Below are positions 40,652-49,253 of a DNA stretch of 64,000 nucleotides, one piece after another (position 1 is the stretch's first letter; each line of letters begins with the position of its first letter). Origin of the DNA: a virus (Duplodnaviria > Caudoviricetes). The position numbers and the translations under genes were made by a program. The DNA is taken from positions 1 to 64,000 of IMG/VR virus record IMGVR_UViG_3300012018_000002; one strand, 5' to 3'. The notes under the pieces are model-generated. The model was not told the origin of the DNA. It worked only from the letters and a program-made list of their open reading frames with translations, and made no database searches.

Positions 40652-40777
40652 AATATATTATTTTTAAATTAAATTATTAAAAAAGTAAAGCACGGAAAAA
40701 CACTTTACTCGATTTTTAACTAAACTATTTATTATCCCTTTTTAAATGTTTAAATAATTAATTAATATTCCGTTCAG

Positions 40778-41082
40778 TGGACCTGGTGAGATTTGAACTC
40801 ACGTCCAGACAAATTTTCATAAATAGATTTATTCATAGGCTTAGTTTATTCAGGGATAAACTGGGGTTTTTAAGGAATACTCCACCATCTTATTTTTAAT
40901 AGAATAAGAAAACTATTTTGTTAGACTAATTCAGCTTCCACTGCTAAGTTAGCATCAATATATGCTAACACATCGTCTGATGTTGTTGATGATAATTCGT
41001 CATCTAAAAGTTTGCTATTTTAAAGCATAGCTGCTCTACCTAATCTATTTACTGCTATATGCTGTCAATACCTGTCAAGCCC
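40778..41082 (-). ncRNA. ssrA: tmRNA; tag ORF 41001-40921 encodes (A)DELSSTTSDDVLAYIDANLAVEAELV*
   Basis: 5' GGGCTTGACAGGTATTGACAG; 3' GACGTGAGTTCAAATCTCACCAGGTCCA; G3.U70 Ala identity pair; resume codon after TTAGAT. Confidence 0.9.
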
Positions 41083-41092
41083 ATAATTAAAA

Positions 41093-41169
41093 GGTGGAAG
41101 AGGGATAGAATTGAACTACCAAGAAAAATCGCTATGATATTTCCAATTTTAAAAAACCTTTCCTCTTCC
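41093..41169 (-). ncRNA. tRNA-like RNA with 8-bp acceptor stem and no canonical D or anticodon arm
   Basis: GGAAGAGG/CCTCTTCC-ACC, T-arm GGTAG-TTCAATT-CTATC. Confidence 0.6.
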
Positions 41170-41181
41170 ATGTAAATAAAA

Positions 41182-41249
41182 ATAGTAAGGAAAAATCTTC
41201 AGAGTTTTATTTCACCAAAAGAAGTAACTCTAAACAACACCATTACTAT
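41182..41249 (-). ncRNA. Short Y RNA-like element (copy 1)
   Basis: TAGTAATGGTG..AGAGTTACTTC...AACTCT..TTTTCCTTACTA; same motif as the termini of the YrlA-like RNA. Confidence 0.7.
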
Positions 41250-41251
41250 AG

Positions 41252-41324
41252 TATCAGGTATGGGATTTGAACCCATGTGTTTACCGTGAAAGGGCAAAAT
41301 CCTGGACCACTAGATGAACCTGAC
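41252..41324 (-). tRNA. tRNA-Glu(UUC)
   Basis: GTCAGGT/ACCTGAT acceptor, TTGCC-CTTTCAC-GGTAA, ATGGG-TTCAAAT-CCCAT. Confidence 0.9.
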
Positions 41325-41326
41325 AT

Positions 41327-41803
41327 TTATAAATTTAATATTTTTCTGATTTCTGTAGAACTTTCAGGAACTATTACATCAGGTATAACAACTAATTGAC
41401 AACCAAATGTAACCACTTCTTTACCATATACTTTATTAGAGTTTTTAAACATCTTTATTGTGTTTTTATAAACAAAAGGATGCACAAAATCAGCAATACT
41501 TAAATAATTATACATAGTAACTGTTGAATCAACAGAAGTAAGAGATTCAATCATATATGCTCTATCTCTTTCATTAAAAATAGGATTTCTATTCTTATTA
41601 GTATTGATTAAATCATCAGAATCAACAAATACTACAAGAAAATCACATTCTCTTTTACATTTTTCAAGAAATAAAACATGTAATGGATGTAATAAATCAA
41701 AACATCCACTTGTTATACCTATTCTCATATTAGAATCAATTTTGAGCAGTGCTTGTAAACGTGCTCTCAGTATAATCATATCTTCTTGGTTTCTACAAAT
41801 CAT
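41327..41803 (-). CDS. Cytidylyltransferase-like (HxGH family, RfaE/TagD-like) nucleotidyltransferase
   Basis: TSGCFDLLHPLH, L.V.VDSD, RNPIF...R, SSTEIR. Confidence 0.82.
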   Translation of the reverse strand: MICRNQEDMIILRARLQALLKIDSNMRIGITSGCFDLLHPLHVLFLEKCKRECDFLVVFVDSDDLINTNKNRNPIFNERDRAYMIESLTSVDSTVTMYNYLSIADFVHPFVYKNTIKMFKNSNKVYGKEVVTFGCQLVVIPDVIVPESSTEIRKILNL

Positions 41804-41829
41804 AATAAATAGTTTTTTGTTAATAAAAA

Positions 41830-41909
41830 AATAGAAGGAAAAGTAAATATAGCTTGTTTGAGCGAATTTATGAAATTTGCGAAGTAACTATATTAAACAC
41901 CATTCTATT
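41830..41909 (-). ncRNA. Short Y RNA-like element (copy 2)
   Basis: ATAGAATGGTG..ATATAGTTACTTC...AGCTATAT..TTTTCCTTCTAT with compensatory stem changes. Confidence 0.7.
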
Positions 41910-41911
41910 AG

Positions 41912-42037
41912 TAGCGTGTGAAGGATTCGAACCTCCATTTCTCGTTTAAGATACGAAGTAACTTTTCAAATCACCATCATTACTGAGGAAAAGTTAGAAA
42001 AGAAATTTTTAGCGTTCTGCCATTAAACTAACACGCT
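41912..42037 (-). ncRNA. tRNA scaffold whose anticodon arm is replaced by the permuted Y-motif stem (copy 3)
   Basis: AGCGTGT/ACACGCT acceptor, TAGTTTAATGGCAGAAC D-arm, GGAGG-TTCGAAT-CCTTC T-arm; insert CTTTTC..TTTTCCTCA-GTAA-TGATGGTG..GAAAAGTTACTTC. Confidence 0.75.
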
Positions 42038-42040
42038 ATA

Positions 42041-42194
42041 TGAATAAGGAAAGTTAAAAAGAGGCTTTTTTATAAACGTGTTTACCATTTCACCACCTGC
42101 CTCATTGTATTGAAGCAGGACAAGACTCGAACTTGTAAACTCTTACGAGTATTTATTCCGATTTAGAAGTAACTCTTCTTTACACCATTATTCA
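42041..42194 (-). ncRNA. YrlA-like Y RNA (copy 4)
   Basis: Terminal stem TGAATAATGG/CCTTATTCA; internal T-arm ACAAG-TTCGAGT-CTTGT, closed acceptor-like stem CCTGCTTCA/TGAGGCAGG, D-arm TGGTGAAATGGTAAACAC; begins about 5 nt after the Ro60 stop. Confidence 0.85.
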
Positions 42195-42199
42195 AATCT

Positions 42200-43603
42200 T
42201 TATTCCTGTTCTTCAAAGGTATTTGTAATACCTTCATAAACAGAAATATAAGTTAAGAAGTGTTCTGACCAACCTGAAATTTCAGCAGTCCAAACACCTT
42301 CATAATTAATACCATTTTTATGTGCTGACACATCAATAATATAATTAGCAATACCAAATGGATTAGGTTTTGTTTTTACACTATCCATATCCTGAGAATC
42401 ACTAAATACAATAATTCTATCAGGAGTATAATCAATATGTGATTTTATATACTCAAGACATTGGCGAGTAAATATACCACCTCCACCTAATTGAACTCTT
42501 TGTTTTTCAACTTGTTTAATTAAATCAAAACCAGAAGAAGGATTATCAATTCTTGATGTATTGTGTTTTTTGTTAAAACCACTACCTGCAGTGCACCACA
42601 CATCAATCCATTCACACTGATTAACACCTAATAAACACATTGCTTGAGCTACTTTTAATCTAGTATTAGTAGATTTAGAACTAATACCTGAACCCATACT
42701 ACCACTAACGTCAACCACAAAAAGTGTTTTACCAGGTAATTTTTTGAGATAAGAATAAGAAGTAATCATTCCTTGTTCTATTTCTCTCATATACTCTGGT
42801 GCATTTTCAGCAGCACTAAGAAAATTTAAAGGTAAAATCATATTACCTTTCATTTCTTTTAATGCCTTTTTAATTACATTTGAATCAACAAAGACATTTT
42901 TCATATTACGTAAATTACGTAATAATGCAAGTGCTCCAAGTTTATCATTACTAATTAATCTTTCCCAAGTAGCTTTTTTATCTTTACCTGCAGACAATGC
43001 AACTTCCCAAGTATCAGGAACTTTTAATTGTCTTTTTGCAATTCTATCAAATAGACTATATTCTTGAGGATTTCTTGCTTTTGGATGAACCAAAAATAAT
43101 ACATCTCTCAATTTATACTCACCATCTCTATCATATTTTGCAAACTGATATTCATCAAAATTGTGAAATGATTGAGCTAATCCTTTTTTAGCTGCAGCAG
43201 CCATTGGTCTTGCTTTCTTATTAGTGTCTTTCCAATAAATAGCACAGAAATCAGCTAACATATCTGCTCTTGTTATTACTTTTGGTAATAAATCTTTAAC
43301 ATATAATCTATGTGTATCATATTTACACATTTCAGATATGATAAACAAAGGCACATGTCTAAGCTTTTGAACAATTCTACATTCTTCTGCAATTTCTGCA
43401 ACTTTTTTTGCTTCTACTAATGGTATTAACTTAGCAATATTATCAGAGCTACCTGATTCATAAGCTAAATTTTCCCACAATAAACAAGCTAAGACTGCAC
43501 GTCTTAACTGATTTTCAGCAGTTTGTATTGCTGCTTTTGCACCATAACCACCTGCCAGTGTTTCAGCAGGTTTAGGTTTTACGTTAGGGTTTACTTTACT
43601 CAT
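42200..43603 (-). CDS. rsr: Ro60/TROVE-domain RNA-binding protein with vWA domain
   Basis: LR+ P motif, F.EYQFAKY, LRDVLFLVHPK, TWE..LS, ALLRNLRN, VDVSGSM MIDAS, FSD.Q, GWSE. Confidence 0.9.
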   Translation of the reverse strand: MSKVNPNVKPKPAETLAGGYGAKAAIQTAENQLRRAVLACLLWENLAYESGSSDNIAKLIPLVEAKKVAEIAEECRIVQKLRHVPLFIISEMCKYDTHRLYVKDLLPKVITRADMLADFCAIYWKDTNKKARPMAAAAKKGLAQSFHNFDEYQFAKYDRDGEYKLRDVLFLVHPKARNPQEYSLFDRIAKRQLKVPDTWEVALSAGKDKKATWERLISNDKLGALALLRNLRNMKNVFVDSNVIKKALKEMKGNMILPLNFLSAAENAPEYMREIEQGMITSYSYLKKLPGKTLFVVDVSGSMGSGISSKSTNTRLKVAQAMCLLGVNQCEWIDVWCTAGSGFNKKHNTSRIDNPSSGFDLIKQVEKQRVQLGGGGIFTRQCLEYIKSHIDYTPDRIIVFSDSQDMDSVKTKPNPFGIANYIIDVSAHKNGINYEGVWTAEISGWSEHFLTYISVYEGITNTFEEQE

Positions 43604-43890
43604 TTTACTTTCTTTTTAAATCTATCAGTAATGTATTTTTTTACGTGAATTGGATTTCTCATGTAATTGTATAATTGTGTTAACAATTGTCTATCCTGTT
43701 CAAAAGACATTTCTTCTAAAGAAACATCATTTTGTTTTGACCAGATATAAAGACATACACCTCTATGGTCTGATAATCCAGGAACATAACTACATATACC
43801 TATTGAACTATTAGGAATATGTTGTGACACATCATTAGCAAATAATACTGTTTCATGAATGTTTTTTTGTTTAAAAGTAATTCTTACCAT
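43600..43890 (-). CDS. Hypothetical protein coupled to Ro60
   Basis: 96-aa ORF with a 4-nt overlap on the Ro60 start. Confidence 0.6.
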   Translation of the reverse strand: MVRITFKQKNIHETVLFANDVSQHIPNSSIGICSYVPGLSDHRGVCLYIWSKQNDVSLEEMSFEQDRQLLTQLYNYMRNPIHVKKYITDRFKKKVK

Positions 43891-43948
43891 GTTATTTGTT
43901 GTTGATTTGTAGTCACTACAAGACTCGAACTTGTAACCTACTGTTTAG

Positions 43949-44547
43949 CTTACCACTATAATTTTCATTACTATATATTATTCATCTTAATGAATAAATG
44001 GATAGATTTATCATTTCTATCCTATATTTGTGGTCTGGACTGTCTCTTCATCTTCAACTTAATGGTCAGATGTTTAACATACAGTCTCTGCATTTACTTA
44101 TGAATAATATAAATAAACTCACGATTACCAATCATACTAAAGTTTGCAAAAAATGCAATTTAGAAAAATCAATTAATGAATTTTATAAACAAAAAGATAG
44201 AAAAAATAATTCTTCTTTCTGTAAATCTTGTTTTAACAAATATTGTATACAAAGATGGACCAATAAAAAAATTAAAGCCATTGAATACAAAGGAAGTCAT
44301 TGTATTGATTGTAAATTACATATAAATAATACACATTATTCCGTATTTGAATTTCATCATCTTAATCCAAATGAAAAAGATTATGATTGGACAAAATTAA
44401 GATTACGTTCTCAAAATTCTATAAATTTAGAACTTGATAAATGTATATTATTATGTGCTAATTGTCATAGAATTAGACATAGTATAATAAGGATTTCCTG
44501 AACAGTTAAAATTCATATATATATTTCTATATATATGCTCCTATTTA
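43949..44547 (-). mobile_element. Group I self-splicing intron
   Basis: Exon ends in U, intron ends in G; P7 halves GCAGAGACTG and GAAGAGACAGTCC; IGS-like AGGAGCA near the 5' splice site. Confidence 0.85.
44100..44501 (+). CDS. Intron-embedded HNH homing endonuclease, antisense to the intron
   Basis: CKKC...EF...CKSC, CIDC...EFHH...CILLCANCHR; ATG 44100 avoids the intron core. Confidence 0.85.
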   Translation: MNNINKLTITNHTKVCKKCNLEKSINEFYKQKDRKNNSSFCKSCFNKYCIQRWTNKKIKAIEYKGSHCIDCKLHINNTHYSVFEFHHLNPNEKDYDWTKLRLRSQNSINLELDKCILLCANCHRIRHSIIRIS

Positions 44548-44586
44548 AAGACAGTTGCTCTATCCAATTGAGCTAAGTGACCAATA

Positions 44587-44778
44587 TTATTTAAAATTTT
44601 GAGGATTAAATACTTCATTAAAAGGAAGTGTTTGTCCTACTGGGTGAGTATGAGTTTTTAATTTCTTTTCAGGAATAACTATTCCTTTTTCTTCTAAATA
44701 ATGCGATGGATTGTTTAAATTAGGTCTTTCATAACCAACTGGATGAAGACCAAAAAAAATTAATATTTTCTTTTTCAT
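44587..44778 (-). CDS. Small hypothetical protein
   Basis: 63-aa ORF. Confidence 0.5.
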   Translation of the reverse strand: MKKKILIFFGLHPVGYERPNLNNPSHYLEEKGIVIPEKKLKTHTHPVGQTLPFNEVFNPQNFK

Positions 44779-44790
44779 AATAAAAAAATT

Positions 44791-44823
44791 AAAAAAGGGT
44801 TAATCAAATTAACTAACCCTTTT
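44791..44823 (-). terminator. Intrinsic terminator
   Basis: Minus strand AAAAGGGTTA...TAACCCTTTTTT. Confidence 0.65.
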
Positions 44824-44829
44824 GTAAAT

Positions 44830-45180
44830 TTAACCTGGTATTACAGTATCAAAATAATCTGCTCTTAAAGCTGAATAGAAAGATAAATCTGAAAGAACAT
44901 CTTCCAAATCTTTTTCTGCTCTAATTACTGATGCTCTTGCACTTGCAATAGAATTCATGTAAGCAATTCTATCACTGATGGTTACAGATGGAGTTATAGC
45001 ATTAGTAAATGCAGCTTTTGCACTTTCTAAAGCTAATTCTCTATCTACTTTTAGGTTTTCCAAACCACTAATCTGACTGCGAAAAGCTGCAGTCGCCAAT
45101 CTCTCGTTTTGAGAGATAATTTCCTCTGCCTTACCTTTGTTACCAATGATAGTAGCAGACACTGTGGAAAATTTACTCAT
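44830..45180 (-). CDS. Helical hypothetical protein
   Basis: 116-aa Ala/Ser-rich ORF. Confidence 0.65.
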   Translation of the reverse strand: MSKFSTVSATIIGNKGKAEEIISQNERLATAAFRSQISGLENLKVDRELALESAKAAFTNAITPSVTISDRIAYMNSIASARASVIRAEKDLEDVLSDLSFYSALRADYFDTVIPG

Positions 45181-45439
45181 GATTTTAAATGCACAATAAC
45201 TTGTTCTTCAATAGAACTTATTTGTGTTTTTAGTCTTTCTTCTTCTAATACTAATTCTACATAACACTTATCAGATGCGTTATATTTAGCTATTCGCATT
45301 AGGTTTAATACAGAACATACAGTTTTGTATTTGTATTTTATTTCAGGTAAGTTCATATTATTTAATTAATTCAATTAATAATGCTATTCCTGTTGGTATT
45401 GCTATAACACCAGCAAGACAAATAAAAAATATTCCCATT

Positions 45440-45943
45440 TTAGTGGATTTTTGTTTTTTCGTGTAAATAATCTACAATTGATAATATAATAGCAGAAAAT
45501 AAAAATACTATATGAACAAATGCTAATTTATATAAAGTATCCCAGTCTACACCTTTAATTTCAATTGATTCTTCAAGTATAGTAATACTCGTAATACCAA
45601 TTAAAGATGTAGCCATTTTAACTTTAAGCATACCACTGCTCATATTTTCAGTAGATGATTCATTACTTTTATTTACAAATGAATTATAACTACCTGTAAT
45701 AATCATTTTAGCTAAACCAGCAACCATTGCTATGTCAATCAATTCAATTAACATTAGCATTGCTGAAGATTTATCAACATGTTTTAAGTCCATTAAATAA
45801 CTAATAAAATAGGTTATATCAAAATATGCATATAAACCTAATGCTATTACTAATATTAAATAAAATGGTATTAGTAACCATTTAGAGGAAAACAGTAGCT
45901 CTTCTACTATTAATCTCATTAATTGTCTTTTTTGATTTGCCAT
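45440..45943 (-). CDS. YqhA/UPF0114-family membrane protein
   Basis: E..LF.SKWLL.PFY..L, L..ID..MV, GSY..FV, LKVK...S.IGI.SI..L. Confidence 0.8.
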   Translation of the reverse strand: MANQKRQLMRLIVEELLFSSKWLLIPFYLILVIALGLYAYFDITYFISYLMDLKHVDKSSAMLMLIELIDIAMVAGLAKMIITGSYNSFVNKSNESSTENMSSGMLKVKMATSLIGITSITILEESIEIKGVDWDTLYKLAFVHIVFLFSAIILSIVDYLHEKTKIH

Positions 45944-46055
45944 ATGTATTCTGTTTCCCCTCCTTTTTTCTCAATATTTTTATCATTGTGTATTGATATA
46001 AATGTTATTGCTGCTGCAACTAATGTAATAAATGCAAATGCTACTAATATATCTT

Positions 46056-46499
46056 TCATAAATGATTATTTAATGTGTTAACATAATTTAAATCTTTAAT
46101 TTCAGGATAAGTTTGATGTAAATATTGATTATTACCTAAATGAGATTTACTAATATATACTGCAGGAAGTCTACTTTCAAATTGTTTTAATGTAAGGTCT
46201 ATATAATAATCCTTATATTTAACAAATGAATGATGTAAATATCTTGCTAAATCATTTTCTGCATAACTCTTATCAATCCAAAATCCTCTACAACATACTA
46301 CAATAGCTGAATTAGGTTCAACTTTATTGATTTCATCACATAAATAACGTGATATTTCTACACATCTACCTTTTAAATTAGACATGTTATTATCCATAAT
46401 TGTAATATATATAGCACCTATTATACCTCTAGGTAAATTACCAAGATTATATGCACTTTTTGTTTTTAAATGGTTATAGTATAATTTATCGAGTATCAT
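46056..46499 (-). CDS. Hypothetical protein, possible transglutaminase/papain-like C-H-D triad
   Basis: GRCVEIS, HHSFV, YIDLT..QF. Confidence 0.45.
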   Translation of the reverse strand: MILDKLYYNHLKTKSAYNLGNLPRGIIGAIYITIMDNNMSNLKGRCVEISRYLCDEINKVEPNSAIVVCCRGFWIDKSYAENDLARYLHHSFVKYKDYYIDLTLKQFESRLPAVYISKSHLGNNQYLHQTYPEIKDLNYVNTLNNHL

Positions 46500-47812
46500 A
46501 ATAATAATTTTTAAAAAGAGGTTAAATCTTTACTGACAACATACGCTGTAAAGATATAAAGAACGTATTTTATACCTCTTTATGTTATTTAAAGATTTTG
46601 GTTTTAAATTCTTAAATTATCTTTTCATTGGTAAGTTATCATCTTACCCGCACAATGTTGTTATTACTTCTTGCAAAGTAAAGTGAGCATATATCCCTCA
46701 TTAACAACTACTACAACAATATTACTATTGTTGAGGCTAACCTGTTACAGGATTCTGACCTGTCTAAACTCTCAACTGAGAAACACGATAGCTGCCACCA
46801 CATACTTTACTTAGATTATATATATACTACACAATTTTTCAGTGCCTATCAGTATATTTTCAAGTATGCTTTACACTCTCTACCACTGTAGATAGTTGCT
46901 GTAAGGTTATCTACTCCCATAGCATTGTAAGTGGTATGAAATATTACTAAAACCTTTTTCTAATTAAAAGTAACCAGCTATGTTTGGTTGTGGATTAGAT
47001 TAACATTTAGTCCTTCTCTGTTTATAAAAGAAATTAGTCTCACCATTCCTCTTTAACTATGTCATTCAATCTACCTTCCCAGGTTGTTTACAATTAAGTA
47101 AACTTTACAATGAGGAATCCCACCTCTTTCCACTTGACCCCCATTTCTGGCTTTTTAAAGTCTTGTATGTGTTGCTGTTCATAAACGTAGCTTAATTAGT
47201 ATCTTTAAAAAATATTATTCATATAATCCATTCTGAGCAATCTCCTTCTGTTAATAATTGCAGAGATTTGTTTTTCTGTTGGAGCATTCATATAATAAGT
47301 TTAATTATTAAATAAGGAGTTACACCTTTTCTATTACCTTGCGAGTAAAAGCCTTGTCACCTAAGCCTCATATAGGGGTGCTTACGAAGTTTTGTATTTC
47401 TACAATAAATTAAAAAACTAAGAATTTGTAATAGCATCCAACCAATCTATTTGATACCAACATTTCTGTTAGGGCTAAACTTATATCTAATCCATTGTGC
47501 ACATTTCATAGAATTTCATATTAGCTCTAGGCTCAACGGGCTTATCATGTTTACCGCCTTTTTGCCTTATATTCCCCCAGCAGTCACTGAGTCTTCATTC
47601 TTAGTTTTTAATATCTTTAACAGCCTAAGCTGTGCATCCTATTTCAGAGAGATGTTGGATATACCTTCAACTCAAATTCATAGAATGACTAACTAGTTTC
47701 TTACCCTAACTTGGTATTTCACGTTGCTTAGACGATAAAAATAATTTAGCGCATAAGTAAACCCATAAAGGTTAAACCTAAGCCAATTACAAATACAATT
47801 GTTACTATCATT

Positions 47813-48169
47813 TTATTTGAGTTTTTTAATAATAAAATATTTTGTTGCATATGGGTCATTGTTATCTATCCATAATGAATCCATATTTACCCATTCATAA
47901 TGAGTAGTATTATTCTGATAAGTATAAATAGTATCCAATTGATTGTCTTCAAGATTACGAGCTAAATACATTTTAACTTGATGATTATCAACTGATATAC
48001 TCATAAATACTATTCCAGAGATAACAAATAATAATCCCATAATAGTAATAAATGTCCATATAACGTTTAATAAAATACTACGTATCATTATAATAACACC
48101 TATAAGTGCTATAATTATTCCAAATATAAACATATAATTAAATTTAAAAGTGAAAAAACTCCCTATCAA
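47813..48169 (-). CDS. Membrane protein (start probably ATG near 48133)
   Basis: Two TM helices. Confidence 0.6.
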   Translation of the reverse strand: MIGSFFTFKFNYMFIFGIIIALIGVIIMIRSILLNVIWTFITIMGLLFVISGIVFMSISVDNHQVKMYLARNLEDNQLDTIYTYQNNTTHYEWVNMDSLWIDNNDPYATKYFIIKKLK

Positions 48170-48238
48170 ATCATCTATTTACACAGATTATTGAATCGGG
48201 AGTAAGGAGGCTACGGAAACAGCCATATCTTGTATTAT

Positions 48239-48643
48239 TTAAAAATCTTGTTCTATTGCTACCGCATCTTTAAGAAAATGTATTACACGGTCTTTGGTTT
48301 CGGGTTCATTATATTTATTAAATAAAAAATTGTTAATAACACTAATATCAGCAAAATAAGGAGCACTCGGATATAATATTTTTAACGCTTCTTTACTTGC
48401 ATTTCTTAAAGGTAACGAAACAACTGGCATTTGTTTATTTTCAGGTATTATATTTCCATCTGAATCAACTATTAATGCAGAAATACTAAAATAAGGTTTT
48501 GGAGAACCTTTGGCATAACTATAATGACCTAATGCACAAAAACAATCAGTTTTAGGAGAATAATACATTCCTTCTCCCCATTTATTTGCTGGAATAGGCT
48601 CTAATATATTAAGAGCATCCTGTAAAATTTCTTTGTTTATCAT
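48239..48643 (-). CDS. Hypothetical phage protein
   Basis: 134-aa ORF. Confidence 0.65.
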   Translation of the reverse strand: MINKEILQDALNILEPIPANKWGEGMYYSPKTDCFCALGHYSYAKGSPKPYFSISALIVDSDGNIIPENKQMPVVSLPLRNASKEALKILYPSAPYFADISVINNFLFNKYNEPETKDRVIHFLKDAVAIEQDF

Positions 48644-49239
48644 GTTATTACTTTATAATTTTTTAGTTCATCAATTGTAAACAAACCTAATTCATTTACA
48701 CGAGTAGAAACAATATGACCTTTATTAGTAGCTATTTCATCATGAATGCGTTGTAACAATATCCATTCATCATTTGTTAATATACCAACAACTTCAGGTT
48801 TAAATAAATCTTGTTGTGTATTAGATAGGAATAAGTAAAGTAAACTTTTTTCATAATTTTCAGGATGTATCATATTTTTACCTGCAACACACATTTTTCC
48901 ATCTTCTGTAAGATAACTACATTGAGTGCCATCATATCCACAAAGTTCAGAGTTATGATAATAAGGTGCTATTTGTGCTAAAGCAAATTCTTTCTTGTTC
49001 ATTTGAATTATAAATCCTGGTTGCATTTCTCTTATATCAGAGTGCATTTCAATAGGATATGCTGATTCACCACAAGAAAATAAATCTTGTTGATAGAAAT
49101 ATGTAGTAGCTTTATCACAAGTATTTTCAATTCCTTCAGGAAGAATAAACTTCCTAAAAGATATTTTACTATAATCTTCTGTATATACTTGAACTACATA
49201 TGTTCTAGTTGGAGAAGGTTGTAATGGAGTTTTTGTCAT
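48640..49239 (-). CDS. Hypothetical phage protein
   Basis: 199-aa ORF (CSY...DG.MC..G, LQ.IHD). Confidence 0.65.
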   Translation of the reverse strand: MTKTPLQPSPTRTYVVQVYTEDYSKISFRKFILPEGIENTCDKATTYFYQQDLFSCGESAYPIEMHSDIREMQPGFIIQMNKKEFALAQIAPYYHNSELCGYDGTQCSYLTEDGKMCVAGKNMIHPENYEKSLLYLFLSNTQQDLFKPEVVGILTNDEWILLQRIHDEIATNKGHIVSTRVNELGLFTIDELKNYKVIT

Positions 49240-49253
49240 AATAATAAGTTTTT

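Larger units (their letters stand above)
43910..44582 (-). tRNA. tRNA-Arg(UCU) split by a group I intron (exons 44548-44582 and 43910-43948)
   Basis: 5' exon GGTCACTTAGCTCAATTGGATAGAGCAACTGTCTT, 3' exon CTAAACAGTAGGTTACAAGTTCGAGTCTTGTAGTGACTA; joined loop CT-TCT-AA. Confidence 0.88.

Noticed and set aside
41182-42194. Repeated GAAGTAAC...CACCAT motif as a CRISPR array
   Set aside because: Irregular spacing, bipartite paired structure, tRNA-like inserts and no cas genes; better explained as Y-like RNAs
171-43191. Short plus-strand and nested ORFs in the left arm (e.g. 171-401, 2076-2264, 4989-5288, 11247-11528, 15472-15747, 23597-23875, 41604-41834, 42997-43191)
   Set aside because: Mostly antisense or alternate-frame shadows of well-supported minus-strand genes; none has recognisable motifs
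43998-44099. N-terminal extension of the intron HNH ORF as given in the track
   Set aside because: Overlaps the intron catalytic core (P7-P9); ATG 44100 is more plausible
43940-44552. Amber-suppressor (CUA) reading of the intron-containing tRNA, and stop-codon reassignment as in some crAss-like phages
   Set aside because: That junction gives a 6-nt loop. TAG ends nrdJ and the DnaQ-like gene at natural C-termini, and late genes are intact in the standard code.
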